Assembly: GCA_050916045.1 (NCBI GenBank)
Contig: CP051526.1
Location: 1,888,001 to 1,952,000 of the forward strand
DNA: 64,000 bases
Direction of reading: 5' to 3'
Source: Tepidisphaera sp.
Lineage (GTDB): Bacteria > Planctomycetota > Phycisphaerae > Phycisphaerales > UBA1924
Positions within the stretch are counted from its first letter, which is position 1. Each line of letters begins with the position of its first letter. Below, piece after piece: positions 20,100 through 28,596 of the stretch. A program made the translations under genes and the position numbers. Below the pieces are notes generated by a model. The model was not told the DNA's origin and did no database searches. It worked only from the letters and a program-made list of their open reading frames with translations.

Positions 20100-20130
20100 C
20101 ATGAAGGGAGTGGGGGTGATCGGGCTTGGG

Positions 20131-20341
20131 GGCGGAACGTGGGTTGTCACGAGCGGCGCGATGCCTGTCCGGATTGAGACCATTTCAGTCTCGACCGAGC
20201 TCGCTGCCGTCCAGCCCGGAACGGCTCCTGTCTTGACCGAGGGGGCTGCGTTGCGGACAGAAGTGGCTTCTGTCGCGACAGAGACGGGTACTGTTTGGGC
20301 CAGAACGGCCCCGCCAGCATGCGCCTCGTGACCGTCTCGCC
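20131..20341. ncRNA. Candidate structured non-coding RNA (unassigned family)
   Basis: 20146-20164 pairs with 20317-20332 (16 bp, two bulges), enclosing several short hairpins; no convincing ORF. Confidence 0.45.
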
Positions 20342-20367
20342 TCCTTGATCTTGTCACCCCCTCGCCC

Positions 20368-21150
20368 TCACATCTCCCGCGCCGGCGGACAAACCTTCGT
20401 CTTCACATCGCACACCTGAAGCACAAACCGCGTCAGCGATGCCGCCCAGCCCACCATGATCCGGTAGAAGAAAAGCCCCACCAGCATGAGCGCCACCGGC
20501 ACCCACGTCTGCCACCACAGAAGCTCCCGCTCCGAATTCACCCGCTGAGCCGCCGCGAACGCCACCACATCCCACGCCATGTGCATCGCCGATCCCAGCA
20601 CGTAACACACCGGCACCGCCCACACCACATGCCACTTCCGCTTCCCCGGCATCGTGAAAAGCCCAAGCCCAAAGCAGGTGATCCCGCCCATCACCAGATG
20701 CCCCGCCAGCCGGATCGGCTCCTGCGGCGGCAGAAACACGCTCGGCTCCGACTGGCCCAGCACGTGGATCGACTCCTCCAGCGCCGCCCCAAGCCCCGCG
20801 AACGACCCCAGCACCACCCCGTCCAGCGGCTCATTGAACCACCGCCTCCCCATCCACCCAAACGCGATCGCGATCACCGCCACCGCCAAAAACTTGAACC
20901 CCTCCTCCACCGTCCCCGCCAGAAACGCCTGGTACAGATCCGTCGCTTCCCCGTGCTCATCAATCGCCCTCGCGATGAAAAGCCCCTGCACCCGTCCCGC
21001 CAGATTCATCCCCCCGGCCCCAAGCAGCGTCGCCAGAACCAAAAGCCACCACGGCTCGTGGTCGTACAAGTCGTACCGCTTCACGATCCACACCGTGACC
21101 AGCGCACACAGCGCCAGCGTCCCGTACAAGATGATGTTCGTCGTAAGCAT
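20368..21150 (-). CDS. prsW: PrsW-family intramembrane protease
   Basis: YDLYDHEP, AGTVEEGFK (EExxK), DGVVLGSFAGLGAALEE, His motifs; multiple transmembrane helices. Confidence 0.85.
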   Translation of the reverse strand: MLTTNIILYGTLALCALVTVWIVKRYDLYDHEPWWLLVLATLLGAGGMNLAGRVQGLFIARAIDEHGEATDLYQAFLAGTVEEGFKFLAVAVIAIAFGWMGRRWFNEPLDGVVLGSFAGLGAALEESIHVLGQSEPSVFLPPQEPIRLAGHLVMGGITCFGLGLFTMPGKRKWHVVWAVPVCYVLGSAMHMAWDVVAFAAAQRVNSERELLWWQTWVPVALMLVGLFFYRIMVGWAASLTRFVLQVCDVKTKVCPPAREM

Positions 21151-21163
21151 GTCCCCGCCCAGC

Positions 21164-21868
21164 CTACCCGATCACGCCCGAGCCCGCCCCACCCCGCGAA
21201 GCCCCACCCCGCGATGCCCGTTCACCGATCAGTTTCATCAGCCACGGGGCGAAATCCGCTTTGCTCATCATCCCCGGCGTCCCCACCCGCGACCCATCGG
21301 CTCCCAGAATCACCGCTTCCACGTTCGGGCTGTCCATCGTCTCAAGCGGGTTGGCGACGACCATATCCACCTTCTTCCGCACCAGCTTCGACTCCGCGGA
21401 GGCGATCATCTCTTCGCGCGGCTCAAGCGCAAACCCCACGAACATCTGCCCCGCCTTCTTCCGCCCCGCGACCTCCGCCAGCAGGTCCGGCGTCGGTTCA
21501 AGCTCAAGCGTCATCGCCTCGCTCGTCCGGCGGAACTTCCCCCCGCTCATCGCCGGATTCGGCTTGGGGCGATAGTCCGCCACCGCCGCCGCCATCACCA
21601 GCACCTCCGCCCCGCCCACCTCTTCCGCCAGAAGCCCCCGCAGATTCTCGCACGTCATGAACCGCCGAACCTTCACCCGCCCATCCTTGGGCGCAACCGC
21701 CACCGGCCCCAGCAGAAGCGTCACGTCCCACCCGTCCATCGCCGCCGCATCCGCCAGCGCCACCCCCATCCGACCCGACGACCGATTCCCGAGGAACCGC
21801 ACCGCGTCGATCGGCTCGTGCGTCGGTCCGGCGGTGATCACCATGCGGCGAGAAGAGGCTTGCGTCAT
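21164..21868 (-). CDS. coaB: Phosphopantothenate--cysteine ligase (stand-alone CoaB domain)
   Basis: VITAGPTHEPIDAVRFLGNRSSGRMG, MAAAVADY, VGFALE, VVAN; no flavoprotein CoaC domain. Confidence 0.9.
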   Translation of the reverse strand: MTQASSRRMVITAGPTHEPIDAVRFLGNRSSGRMGVALADAAAMDGWDVTLLLGPVAVAPKDGRVKVRRFMTCENLRGLLAEEVGGAEVLVMAAAVADYRPKPNPAMSGGKFRRTSEAMTLELEPTPDLLAEVAGRKKAGQMFVGFALEPREEMIASAESKLVRKKVDMVVANPLETMDSPNVEAVILGADGSRVGTPGMMSKADFAPWLMKLIGERASRGGASRGGAGSGVIG

Positions 21869-21917
21869 GGCCCAATCCTAGCGGCCGAGCCTGCCCGCGC
21901 TTCCCACCCAAAAGGGC

Positions 21918-21946
21918 AAAGCGGCCCGCGTCGCCGCAGGCCGCTT
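21918..21946 (-). terminator. Putative intrinsic terminator
   Basis: Minus strand AAGCGGCCTGCG-GCGA-CGCGGGCCGCTTT followed by GCCCTTTT. Confidence 0.55.
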
Positions 21947-22018
21947 CAATCATCGGAATGTTGTGACTCCCTGCTTCGGCGACGGGGAAACCGTCACGCA
22001 GCAGGTTGCCGCGATCCG

Positions 22019-22135
22019 TCAGACCTTGCCCAAAAGCCAGTACAGCAGAATGAAGATCAGAATCGTGGAGAAGCACCCGCCCCCGAGCTTCCACGCTCCC
22101 AGCCCCGCGAGAATGCCTCTGAATCCGTCCCGCAT
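22019..22135 (-). CDS. 38-aa small membrane protein
   Basis: Manual translation MRDGFRGILAGLGAWKLGGGCFSTILIFILLYWLLGKV*; GGGAGG RBS; below the ORF-track cutoff. Confidence 0.7.
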   Translation of the reverse strand: MRDGFRGILAGLGAWKLGGGCFSTILIFILLYWLLGKV

Positions 22136-22167
22136 GTGTAATTCCTCCCTGCCCGCGGCGATCAGGC

Positions 22168-22311
22168 TCAGTCGGCGGCCCGCTGAATCCCTTCACCGGC
22201 CTTCTCAATATCCTCGCCGGCGCCCTCGACCGTGTTGCACCCGACCTGGATCAACACGACCACGGCGACCAACGCGAGACCGACCAACGAACGAGCGATG
22301 CGACGAATCAT
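22168..22311 (-). CDS. Entericidin A/B-family lipoprotein
   Basis: Manual translation MIRRIARSLVGLALVAVVVLIQVG-CNTVEGAGEDIEKAGEGIQRAAD*; CNTxxGxGxD signature. Confidence 0.88.
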   Translation of the reverse strand: MIRRIARSLVGLALVAVVVLIQVGCNTVEGAGEDIEKAGEGIQRAAD

Positions 22312-22394
22312 GAACGAAACCTTTCACACGGAATGAACCACGAAGCCGGACGCGAACCGTCGCGCCCGCGTAAAGGCAAGCCCTCCCAGAGGAC

Positions 22395-22580
22395 TCAGAC
22401 CGGCGGCACCGGCGGGTTCCGACCGCCTACGAGATGTGCAACCGTGCTGATCAGGAAGAGCACGACGAACACCAGGAACAGGATCTTGGCGATGTCGGCC
22501 GAGAGGCCCGCCAGCGCGCCGAACCCCAGCACCGCGGCGACCAACGCGACGATCAGAAATGTCAGAGCCCAACGAAGCAT
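22395..22580 (-). CDS. DUF1328 (UPF0391/YtjA-like) small membrane protein
   Basis: [45 protein letters not shown] is the family pattern. Confidence 0.9.
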   Translation of the reverse strand: MLRWALTFLIVALVAAVLGFGALAGLSADIAKILFLVFVVLFLISTVAHLVGGRNPPVPPV

Positions 22581-22763
22581 GATGCGGTTTCCTTTGAATG
22601 CCGTGAATGAGACTTCCACCGCGAACCCCGCGGGGCTCTCGCGCCCGTCCGGTGTTCCGGCATGAGTGGTGTGGGGCCGCGAGACGCGCCCGCCGTGAAA
22701 CCCGCATGATGAAGTCAACATCGGCCCCTTGGGCGCGCCCCGCGTCGATGTGCCCCGCCAAGC

Positions 22764-22793
22764 AAAAAAGTCCGGCCGCTCTCGCAGCCGGAC
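22764..22793 (-). terminator. Intrinsic terminator
   Basis: Minus strand GTCCGGCTGC-GAGA-GCGGCCGGAC-TTTTTT after the dockerin gene stop. Confidence 0.75.
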
Positions 22794-22818
22794 CTCGTGT
22801 TCACTCAACCGTTCGGGC

Positions 22819-24348
22819 TCAGCAGCCCGTCTCAAACGCCGTCACGAAATCCGCGTAGTCGAAGAAGTCGACGAACGCATCGCCGTTGAAGTCCGCCGTC
22901 GTCCCGTCCGGGCACCCCGCCCCCTCAAAGCACGCCACATAATCCGCGTAATCAAAGAAGTCGATGAACTGGTCCCCGTTGAAGTCCGCAGCGCACCCGC
23001 CCGGAACCTCGAAAAGCGTCACATCGCCCCCGTTCCCGAACGAGTTCGCGTGCCCGCCCTTGTTCCCCGACGCCACGTACCGCCCGTCCGGCGTCATCGC
23101 AAGCGTGAACACCGACCCACGCGTATCCACCTCGCCGATCAGGTTCACGCTCCGGTCAAAGATCATCACCTCGGGGTGGTCGTTGTTCTGCGTCCCCCAC
23201 GATGACACCACGAACTTGGACCCGTCGTCCGAAATCGCCGCACCCGAAGCCGCATCCTGGAAGCCCCCGCTCCCGATCGTGTGATACGTCCCCAAAAGCG
23301 TCCGGCTCGGCACGTCCCACGAACGCGTCCGCGTGTCGAGGTACCCATTGCCATAATCGTGCGTGATCGCCACCACCGTGTTCCCGTCACGCGACACCGC
23401 CGAGCCCCACCCAAACCACTGCGTCCGGTCCGTGAAGTTGATCACCGGCGTCCACACGCCCCCGCTCTCCGTGTACACCGTCAGGTTGAACCCACCCAGC
23501 ACGATCGTCTTCCCGTTCCCCGAGATCTGGAAGCTCGCGCCGCCTCCCGAGCCCCCCGCGGTGAACGTCACCGTTCCAGTCGCCGTGTTCAGCACCTGCC
23601 CGTTGCTGTCGTTGGTGATCAGGCACACCGACCCGTCATCCGACAGGTCCACGCCGCCCACGCCTCCGTTCCCATCCCACTGCGAACGCACCGTCCCGTC
23701 CGCGTTGAAGATGTACACCCGCGCGAAGACGCGCTGCTGGTTCTGGTCGTAGTACGACCCGCCCACCGCGATCGTGCTCCCGTCCCGCGAGACCTTGACC
23801 GACTTGTTGCTTCCCACGACGTACGGCGCCGGGAAGTCAAACGTCCACGTCGGCCCCGCCGAGGTGTACGCACGCACCGTAAACGGACCCGTGTACTCCA
23901 CACCGTCCGCCATCACCGCCAGGTCCGCGCCCGCCGAAGCCGAAACCGCCGCCGCGCTGTTCGCGACCGTCGGATACGAATCGTTCACCGTCCCGTCGCC
24001 CGGAACCGCGAAATTCTGCAGCACCTCGTTGTTCAACGTCTGACCCACCCACAGCAGCCCAGCCGTCGGTGCAAACGACACCGCGTTCGGGATCGCGAGG
24101 AACCCGTTGGCGTACGTCCACACCACGCCTCGGCCCGTGAACGGAGAGTCCGGGTTCCACGGCCCGCTCGCCGGCGTCACCCACGCTCCGTGCTCGTTCG
24201 TGTGCGCGATCCACGCCCGGCCATCCTCCGCCGAAGCGCTCGAAGCCGCGACAGCCGCGACGCCCAATGCAAGCCCGACGGAACGCCCGATCGACCGCGC
24301 GGTCGACACCGAGGCCAAACTCTCGACGCTCTTCGAAACGCTGCTCAT
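22819..24348 (-). CDS. Secreted beta-propeller (WD40-like) protein with GC-type dockerin
   Basis: CAGGAG RBS; signal-like N-terminus; repeated VSRDGS/LSDDGS/ISGNGK/ISDDGS/MTPDGR blades; tail [25 protein letters not shown]. Confidence 0.85.
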   Translation of the reverse strand: MSSVSKSVESLASVSTARSIGRSVGLALGVAAVAASSASAEDGRAWIAHTNEHGAWVTPASGPWNPDSPFTGRGVVWTYANGFLAIPNAVSFAPTAGLLWVGQTLNNEVLQNFAVPGDGTVNDSYPTVANSAAAVSASAGADLAVMADGVEYTGPFTVRAYTSAGPTWTFDFPAPYVVGSNKSVKVSRDGSTIAVGGSYYDQNQQRVFARVYIFNADGTVRSQWDGNGGVGGVDLSDDGSVCLITNDSNGQVLNTATGTVTFTAGGSGGGASFQISGNGKTIVLGGFNLTVYTESGGVWTPVINFTDRTQWFGWGSAVSRDGNTVVAITHDYGNGYLDTRTRSWDVPSRTLLGTYHTIGSGGFQDAASGAAISDDGSKFVVSSWGTQNNDHPEVMIFDRSVNLIGEVDTRGSVFTLAMTPDGRYVASGNKGGHANSFGNGGDVTLFEVPGGCAADFNGDQFIDFFDYADYVACFEGAGCPDGTTADFNGDAFVDFFDYADFVTAFETGC

Positions 24349-24413
24349 GGGGTTCTCCTGTTCATCACAATCAGCCCCGCCGACGACAAAAAACCCTCCG
24401 GGGCCGGAACCCC

Positions 24414-24449
24414 AGTGTACAGAATCCTGACGGACCGTCAAACATGTTT
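24414..24449 (-). promoter_or_regulatory. Putative sigma70 promoter with overlapping palindromic operator
   Basis: Minus strand TTGACG-16 nt-TACACT; perfect TGACGG-N-CCGTCA palindrome (24428-24440) over the -35; adjacent AAACATGTTT palindrome. Confidence 0.55.
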
Positions 24450-24565
24450 CGCACCCCGGCCAGACCCCCAATCATGGTCCAAAACTCTCGGGATAGGCCC
24501 TTCGAACGACGCCCACGCCAGTATGAAAGGACCTTCATCTCGGCGATCTCACTTTCGACCCCCGA

Positions 24566-24598
24566 AAAGAAACAACCCCGCGCTTTCGCGCGGGGTTG
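24566..24598 (-). terminator. Intrinsic terminator
   Basis: Minus strand CAACCCCGCGC-GAAA-GCGCGGGGTTG-TTTCTTTT. Confidence 0.8.
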
Positions 24599-24671
24599 CG
24601 ACGTTGAACGTGCGATGTCCAACGTTGGAGGGGCTCGGTCAGCCGCGGCGCCGCCGCGGGTTCTCGCCGGC

Positions 24672-26906
24672 TCAGCAGCCGGTCTCAAAGAGCTCAACAA
24701 ACGCGTCGTAGTCGAAGAAGTCCACGAACTCATCCCCGTTCGTGTCCGCCGAAAGCGGGTTGAAGTTCGGGCAGTCCCCGCCCTCAAAGCACGCGACGAA
24801 CGCGTCATAGTCAAAGAAGTCCACGAACTGATCGCAGTTGAAGTCCGCAGGGCAAAGCGACATCGTCACCGTCTCGCTCGTCGCGTTCCCGCACGGGCTC
24901 AGGAACTGGCACCGCAGCACGTACGAGCTCGGCGCCGGGAACCGCCCCGGAATGATGCTCAGGAACTGCCCCGTCGAGCCGAAGAACTCGATCACCCGGC
25001 CGTCCGACATCGCGTTCGGCCCGTCGCTCAGCGCGACGAAGTCGTTGGGCGTCGAAGCGTTCGCGATCTCCCACTGCGAGGTCAGGTCGGCCGAGTTGCT
25101 CACCGCGACCGCGTTCGCGCTCAGGAACGACCCCTGGCAACCCACGACGTCCGTCGGCTGCTGCAGGATCTGAGTCCCCTGCTGGAACGACACCGTCGCC
25201 GGGTCGCTCGTCACCGTCCCGCACGAGTTCGTCATGACCACGCGGTACCGCCCGTCGCGGTTGTTCCCGCACGTCGCTTGGCCCACGCGAAGCTGCGGCT
25301 TGGACACGCCCTCGTAGTCCCACTCGCCCCCGTACGGGAACCCCGAGCACGCCTCCGTCAGATCGATCCACTGGTCAGGATTCTGCGGATCCTCGCGCTG
25401 CCACTGGTACGTCATCGGCCAGGTGCCCGAAGCGAACACGTTGAGAGCCACGCCGAACGGCGTGTACTGCGTCGAAACCCAACCCTGCGGCTGAAGCCCG
25501 ATCCGCGGCGCATCGCACGCAATCCCGCTCCCGTTCAGGTAGAGCACCCCGTGCGTCGCTGTCGCCAGTCCCAGCTCCTGCGGGCTGCACGTCGTCCGAC
25601 CGTCGTTGATCGTCACCGAAATCGCGTTCCCGTCCGCGCTGATCGTCCGCGCCGCCAGAAGCGTCAACCCCGGCTGCGTGATCGGATTCCCCGGAGCAAA
25701 CGACTCCAGATACTGCCCGAGGTCCACCGGCACGCCCGCGTTGATCGCCGGGTTCCAGATGAACGCCCGCTGCACGCGATCCCAGAAGCTCGTCCCGTAC
25801 GACGCCGTCCCCACGATCGTGTTCCCGTCGTCGCTCACCGCAAGCGGCAGGAACCCCAGCAGCGGCTTGGTCTCAGCGCCGTCGAAGTAGTCCGCCAGCT
25901 TGTCCAGAGCCTCCGGCGACCAGCTGTTGTCCGGCTGCCGGCGCCAACGCACCAGCTGCACATCATCAATCCCGAACGTCACGCGGTTGAACGTCGGAGA
26001 CGTCGTCCCCACGATCGTCGTCCCCGAGCCGTTCACCGAGTACGTCGCCCCGCTCGCCGAAAGCGAGTCCAGAAGCGTCTGCACCCCGTTCGTCCACACG
26101 CACGCCCGACGGCCCTCGTACGTCCCGAAGTCCGGATCGTTGATCTCGCCCTGGTCGTACCCCGTGATCACCGACCCGTCGTCGCTGATCGAGTCCGCCC
26201 GCGACGTCGTCGTTCCAGGCTGCACCGGCAGGGCCGAAAGCACGCCCGTCGAACGGTCCACGATGAAAGCGGCGAAATCACCGCAAAGGCCGTACGCCGG
26301 CGAACCGTCCGAACGGAAAAGCCCGCTCGTCCACGCTCCACCCACCATGTACCGCCCGTCACCCGACAGGTCGTTCACCGAGTTGATGTTGCTGTCGCAC
26401 CGCGTCCCGCCGAAAAACCGGCCCGTCGCCGCGTCAAGCTCACGCTCGATCGAACCCGCGTTCACCCAACCACCGCCGCTCGTCCAGCTGTGCGCAATCG
26501 TCGGAATCGAGCACGGGCTCGGCGGCGGAAGCGGTTCGCCAGGAACGCAGTCCCCGAACGCGCAGTACCCCGCAAAGCAGTTCAGATCGGCCCAGTTCGT
26601 ATCGTTCTGCTTGCCCGTCGCAAGCACCGACAGATCGCTCGACGCCCGGATCGGCTCGATCGAAAGCCCCGTCCCGTTGATCCGCGTGAAACCGACCCCA
26701 CGCTCCCACGTGTAGATCGCGTACTGCTCCGTCGTCGCGTCAAAGAACAGGCCCGTCGTCTTCCGACCATCCGACGACATGTCGTCCGTCAGCCCGTTCA
26801 CCACGAGCACCGGCTGCGCCACCGCCACCGAAGCCACGCTCAGACCGGCCAACGCGGCCAGACGCCACGCCCCGCCAATCCCGCTCCCCTTCACACGCAT
26901 CGCCAT
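24672..26906 (-). CDS. Secreted HAF-like repeat/Ig-domain protein with GC-type dockerin
   Basis: ACAGGAGA RBS; signal peptide; ISDDGSVITG, VSDDGNTIVG and ISADGNAI repeats; Ig motifs YQWQR and GRYRVVMTNSCG; tail ADTNGDEFVDFFDYDAFVELFETGC. Confidence 0.85.
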   Translation of the reverse strand: MAMRVKGSGIGGAWRLAALAGLSVASVAVAQPVLVVNGLTDDMSSDGRKTTGLFFDATTEQYAIYTWERGVGFTRINGTGLSIEPIRASSDLSVLATGKQNDTNWADLNCFAGYCAFGDCVPGEPLPPPSPCSIPTIAHSWTSGGGWVNAGSIERELDAATGRFFGGTRCDSNINSVNDLSGDGRYMVGGAWTSGLFRSDGSPAYGLCGDFAAFIVDRSTGVLSALPVQPGTTTSRADSISDDGSVITGYDQGEINDPDFGTYEGRRACVWTNGVQTLLDSLSASGATYSVNGSGTTIVGTTSPTFNRVTFGIDDVQLVRWRRQPDNSWSPEALDKLADYFDGAETKPLLGFLPLAVSDDGNTIVGTASYGTSFWDRVQRAFIWNPAINAGVPVDLGQYLESFAPGNPITQPGLTLLAARTISADGNAISVTINDGRTTCSPQELGLATATHGVLYLNGSGIACDAPRIGLQPQGWVSTQYTPFGVALNVFASGTWPMTYQWQREDPQNPDQWIDLTEACSGFPYGGEWDYEGVSKPQLRVGQATCGNNRDGRYRVVMTNSCGTVTSDPATVSFQQGTQILQQPTDVVGCQGSFLSANAVAVSNSADLTSQWEIANASTPNDFVALSDGPNAMSDGRVIEFFGSTGQFLSIIPGRFPAPSSYVLRCQFLSPCGNATSETVTMSLCPADFNCDQFVDFFDYDAFVACFEGGDCPNFNPLSADTNGDEFVDFFDYDAFVELFETGC

Positions 26907-26994
26907 GATCCATTCTCCTGTGTCAACCGCTGCCGCCCGGGACGACCAACCCAATTGAGGACCCGCGACCCGGCAAAGGCTAGATAATACCGAG

Positions 26995-27024
26995 TTTCGA
27001 TTTGTTTGCAAAGACAGTTCGAAA
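26995..27024. promoter_or_regulatory. AT-rich inverted repeat in divergent promoter region
   Basis: TTTCGATTTGT..ACAGTTCGAAA arms (9/11 complementary) around TTGCAA; TAGAAT at 27075. Confidence 0.45.
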
Positions 27025-27117
27025 GAAATGCGAAAAAACAGCAAGAATCTCCCGCCCCGGCCGATTTCTTCAGGTAGAATGGGCCCGGAGGCCTTCCGCA
27101 CCGACCGAGGAACGACA

Positions 27118-28323
27118 GTGAACCTAACAGACCCCATTGACCTGGTCGAAGAAAGCCGCGGAGCCCTCCAGTCCGTCCGCCGGGCCCTCATCGAGCTGTA
27201 CGACGCCGTCGGCTCAGACCCCTCTCTTCCGCAGGAGGTCGCCCGCCGCTTCGAGCTCAACCGAAACCTCACCTGGAAGCTCTCCCGAGTGATCGGCGCC
27301 GCCGATCCTCTCGCCGCGCTCAGCCATCTGCCCGGTCAAGCCGGGATCGAACTCGCCATCGACGCCTTCGAGAAGGCAGGCGCCCCCTCCGCCGCCGGCG
27401 AAAGCGTCCGCGCTGCGATGTCCGAATTTGCCAACGTCGTCAAAGAGCACGCCGGCGACCGCGAACAGCTCGAACTCACCCTCGAGAGCATGGGCATCTT
27501 CGAACGCGACACCGCCGCCCTCAGCGGCCGCGAGCTCGCTTTCCGCGGCAACAGCAGCGTCTGGGGCGTGCAAGCCAAGACTCGCCTCGCGCTCAACTTC
27601 GTCGCGCCCGGCAGGACGCCCGGCACCGTCGACTACGTCCTGGTCTCCGGCCTCATCGGCCTCCGCCGCTTGCGTCCAAGCGTCCAGTGGCGCCTCGCCC
27701 GCGCCCAGATCCACACCGATCGCGGCGACTACATCGACAACGGCCCCGGCCTCGAGGAGATCGAGAAGAAGAACCCCGGCGACCTGCCGCTCATCCTCCG
27801 CGAGTTCTGCTCGCCCAACATGCCCGAACTCCTCTCTCGCCCCACCGGCGATGGCATCGAGATGTGTCTCCCCGCCGGCCAGGTCGGTAACCGCGCCGCT
27901 TTCGACTGCTACTTCGGCTACATCTACCGCGGAGTCCCCGCGATCCCCGCTCCCGACAACAAGCACGGCTCCGCCGCGGCCCCCATCACGCTCCCTGTCG
28001 AGTCCCTCGTCTTCGACCTCATCATGCACAAAGCCGTCACCCGCCAGACTCCCGAAGCCAAGCTCTACGGCTTCCCCCACGGCGGCCCCGAAGGACCCGA
28101 CGCCCAAACCCCTGCCAACGAACTCCCGCTCCAGGAGCGCATCGTCGACCTCGCCGGCTCGCCGCCCGCCGTCGCCAACCCCGCGGTCCCCGGCCTCGCA
28201 CGCCTCGCAAACACGCTCTACGCCCGCATGAACTGGAACCCCGCCGACTTCCGCGGCCTGCGCCTCCAGGTCAAGCACCCGCCGATGTCCTCGCGCCTCG
28301 TCATGCGCTGGCCGCTCGAGTGA
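27118..28323 (+). CDS. Uncharacterised cytoplasmic protein with N-terminal HTH-like motif (putative regulator)
   Basis: PQEVARRFELNRNLTWKLSRVI resembles an HTH; no signal peptide; start could be GTG 27118 (GAGG RBS) or ATG 27079/27028. Confidence 0.6.
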   Translation: MNLTDPIDLVEESRGALQSVRRALIELYDAVGSDPSLPQEVARRFELNRNLTWKLSRVIGAADPLAALSHLPGQAGIELAIDAFEKAGAPSAAGESVRAAMSEFANVVKEHAGDREQLELTLESMGIFERDTAALSGRELAFRGNSSVWGVQAKTRLALNFVAPGRTPGTVDYVLVSGLIGLRRLRPSVQWRLARAQIHTDRGDYIDNGPGLEEIEKKNPGDLPLILREFCSPNMPELLSRPTGDGIEMCLPAGQVGNRAAFDCYFGYIYRGVPAIPAPDNKHGSAAAPITLPVESLVFDLIMHKAVTRQTPEAKLYGFPHGGPEGPDAQTPANELPLQERIVDLAGSPPAVANPAVPGLARLANTLYARMNWNPADFRGLRLQVKHPPMSSRLVMRWPLE

Positions 28324-28596
28324 TCTCGCGCCGCGACGCACACGCCCCATCCATCGCTCAACGCCGCCTTCTCCTCCCCCGGCGCAACAAGCGTTCCAGA
28401 CACGCTCGCGCCCGCATCACATCGTGCTGAATCTCGCCTTTCGCGGTGCAACACGCCCCGCGCCTTCGCGTAGCGGAATCTGACCGATCGCGGGGACCGC
28501 CCACGGGCGTCCGATCGGCGGGGATAGGTCAGTCACCAGTTGTCGCGCGGCGTATCCGCGCGTCTTCACGCGCCCGAAAGGGCCGAAGGAGTTCTC

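Noticed and set aside
20300..20320. Resemblance of AACGGCCCCGCCA to a cobalamin riboswitch core
   Set aside because: The following CTGT and the upstream GGGAA..GGTG elements are missing.
20101..20331. 76 aa ORF, and a 57 aa minus-strand ORF, in the prsW-nudix gap
   Set aside because: No motif and atypical codon usage; the base-pairing pattern explains the region better. Not fully excluded.
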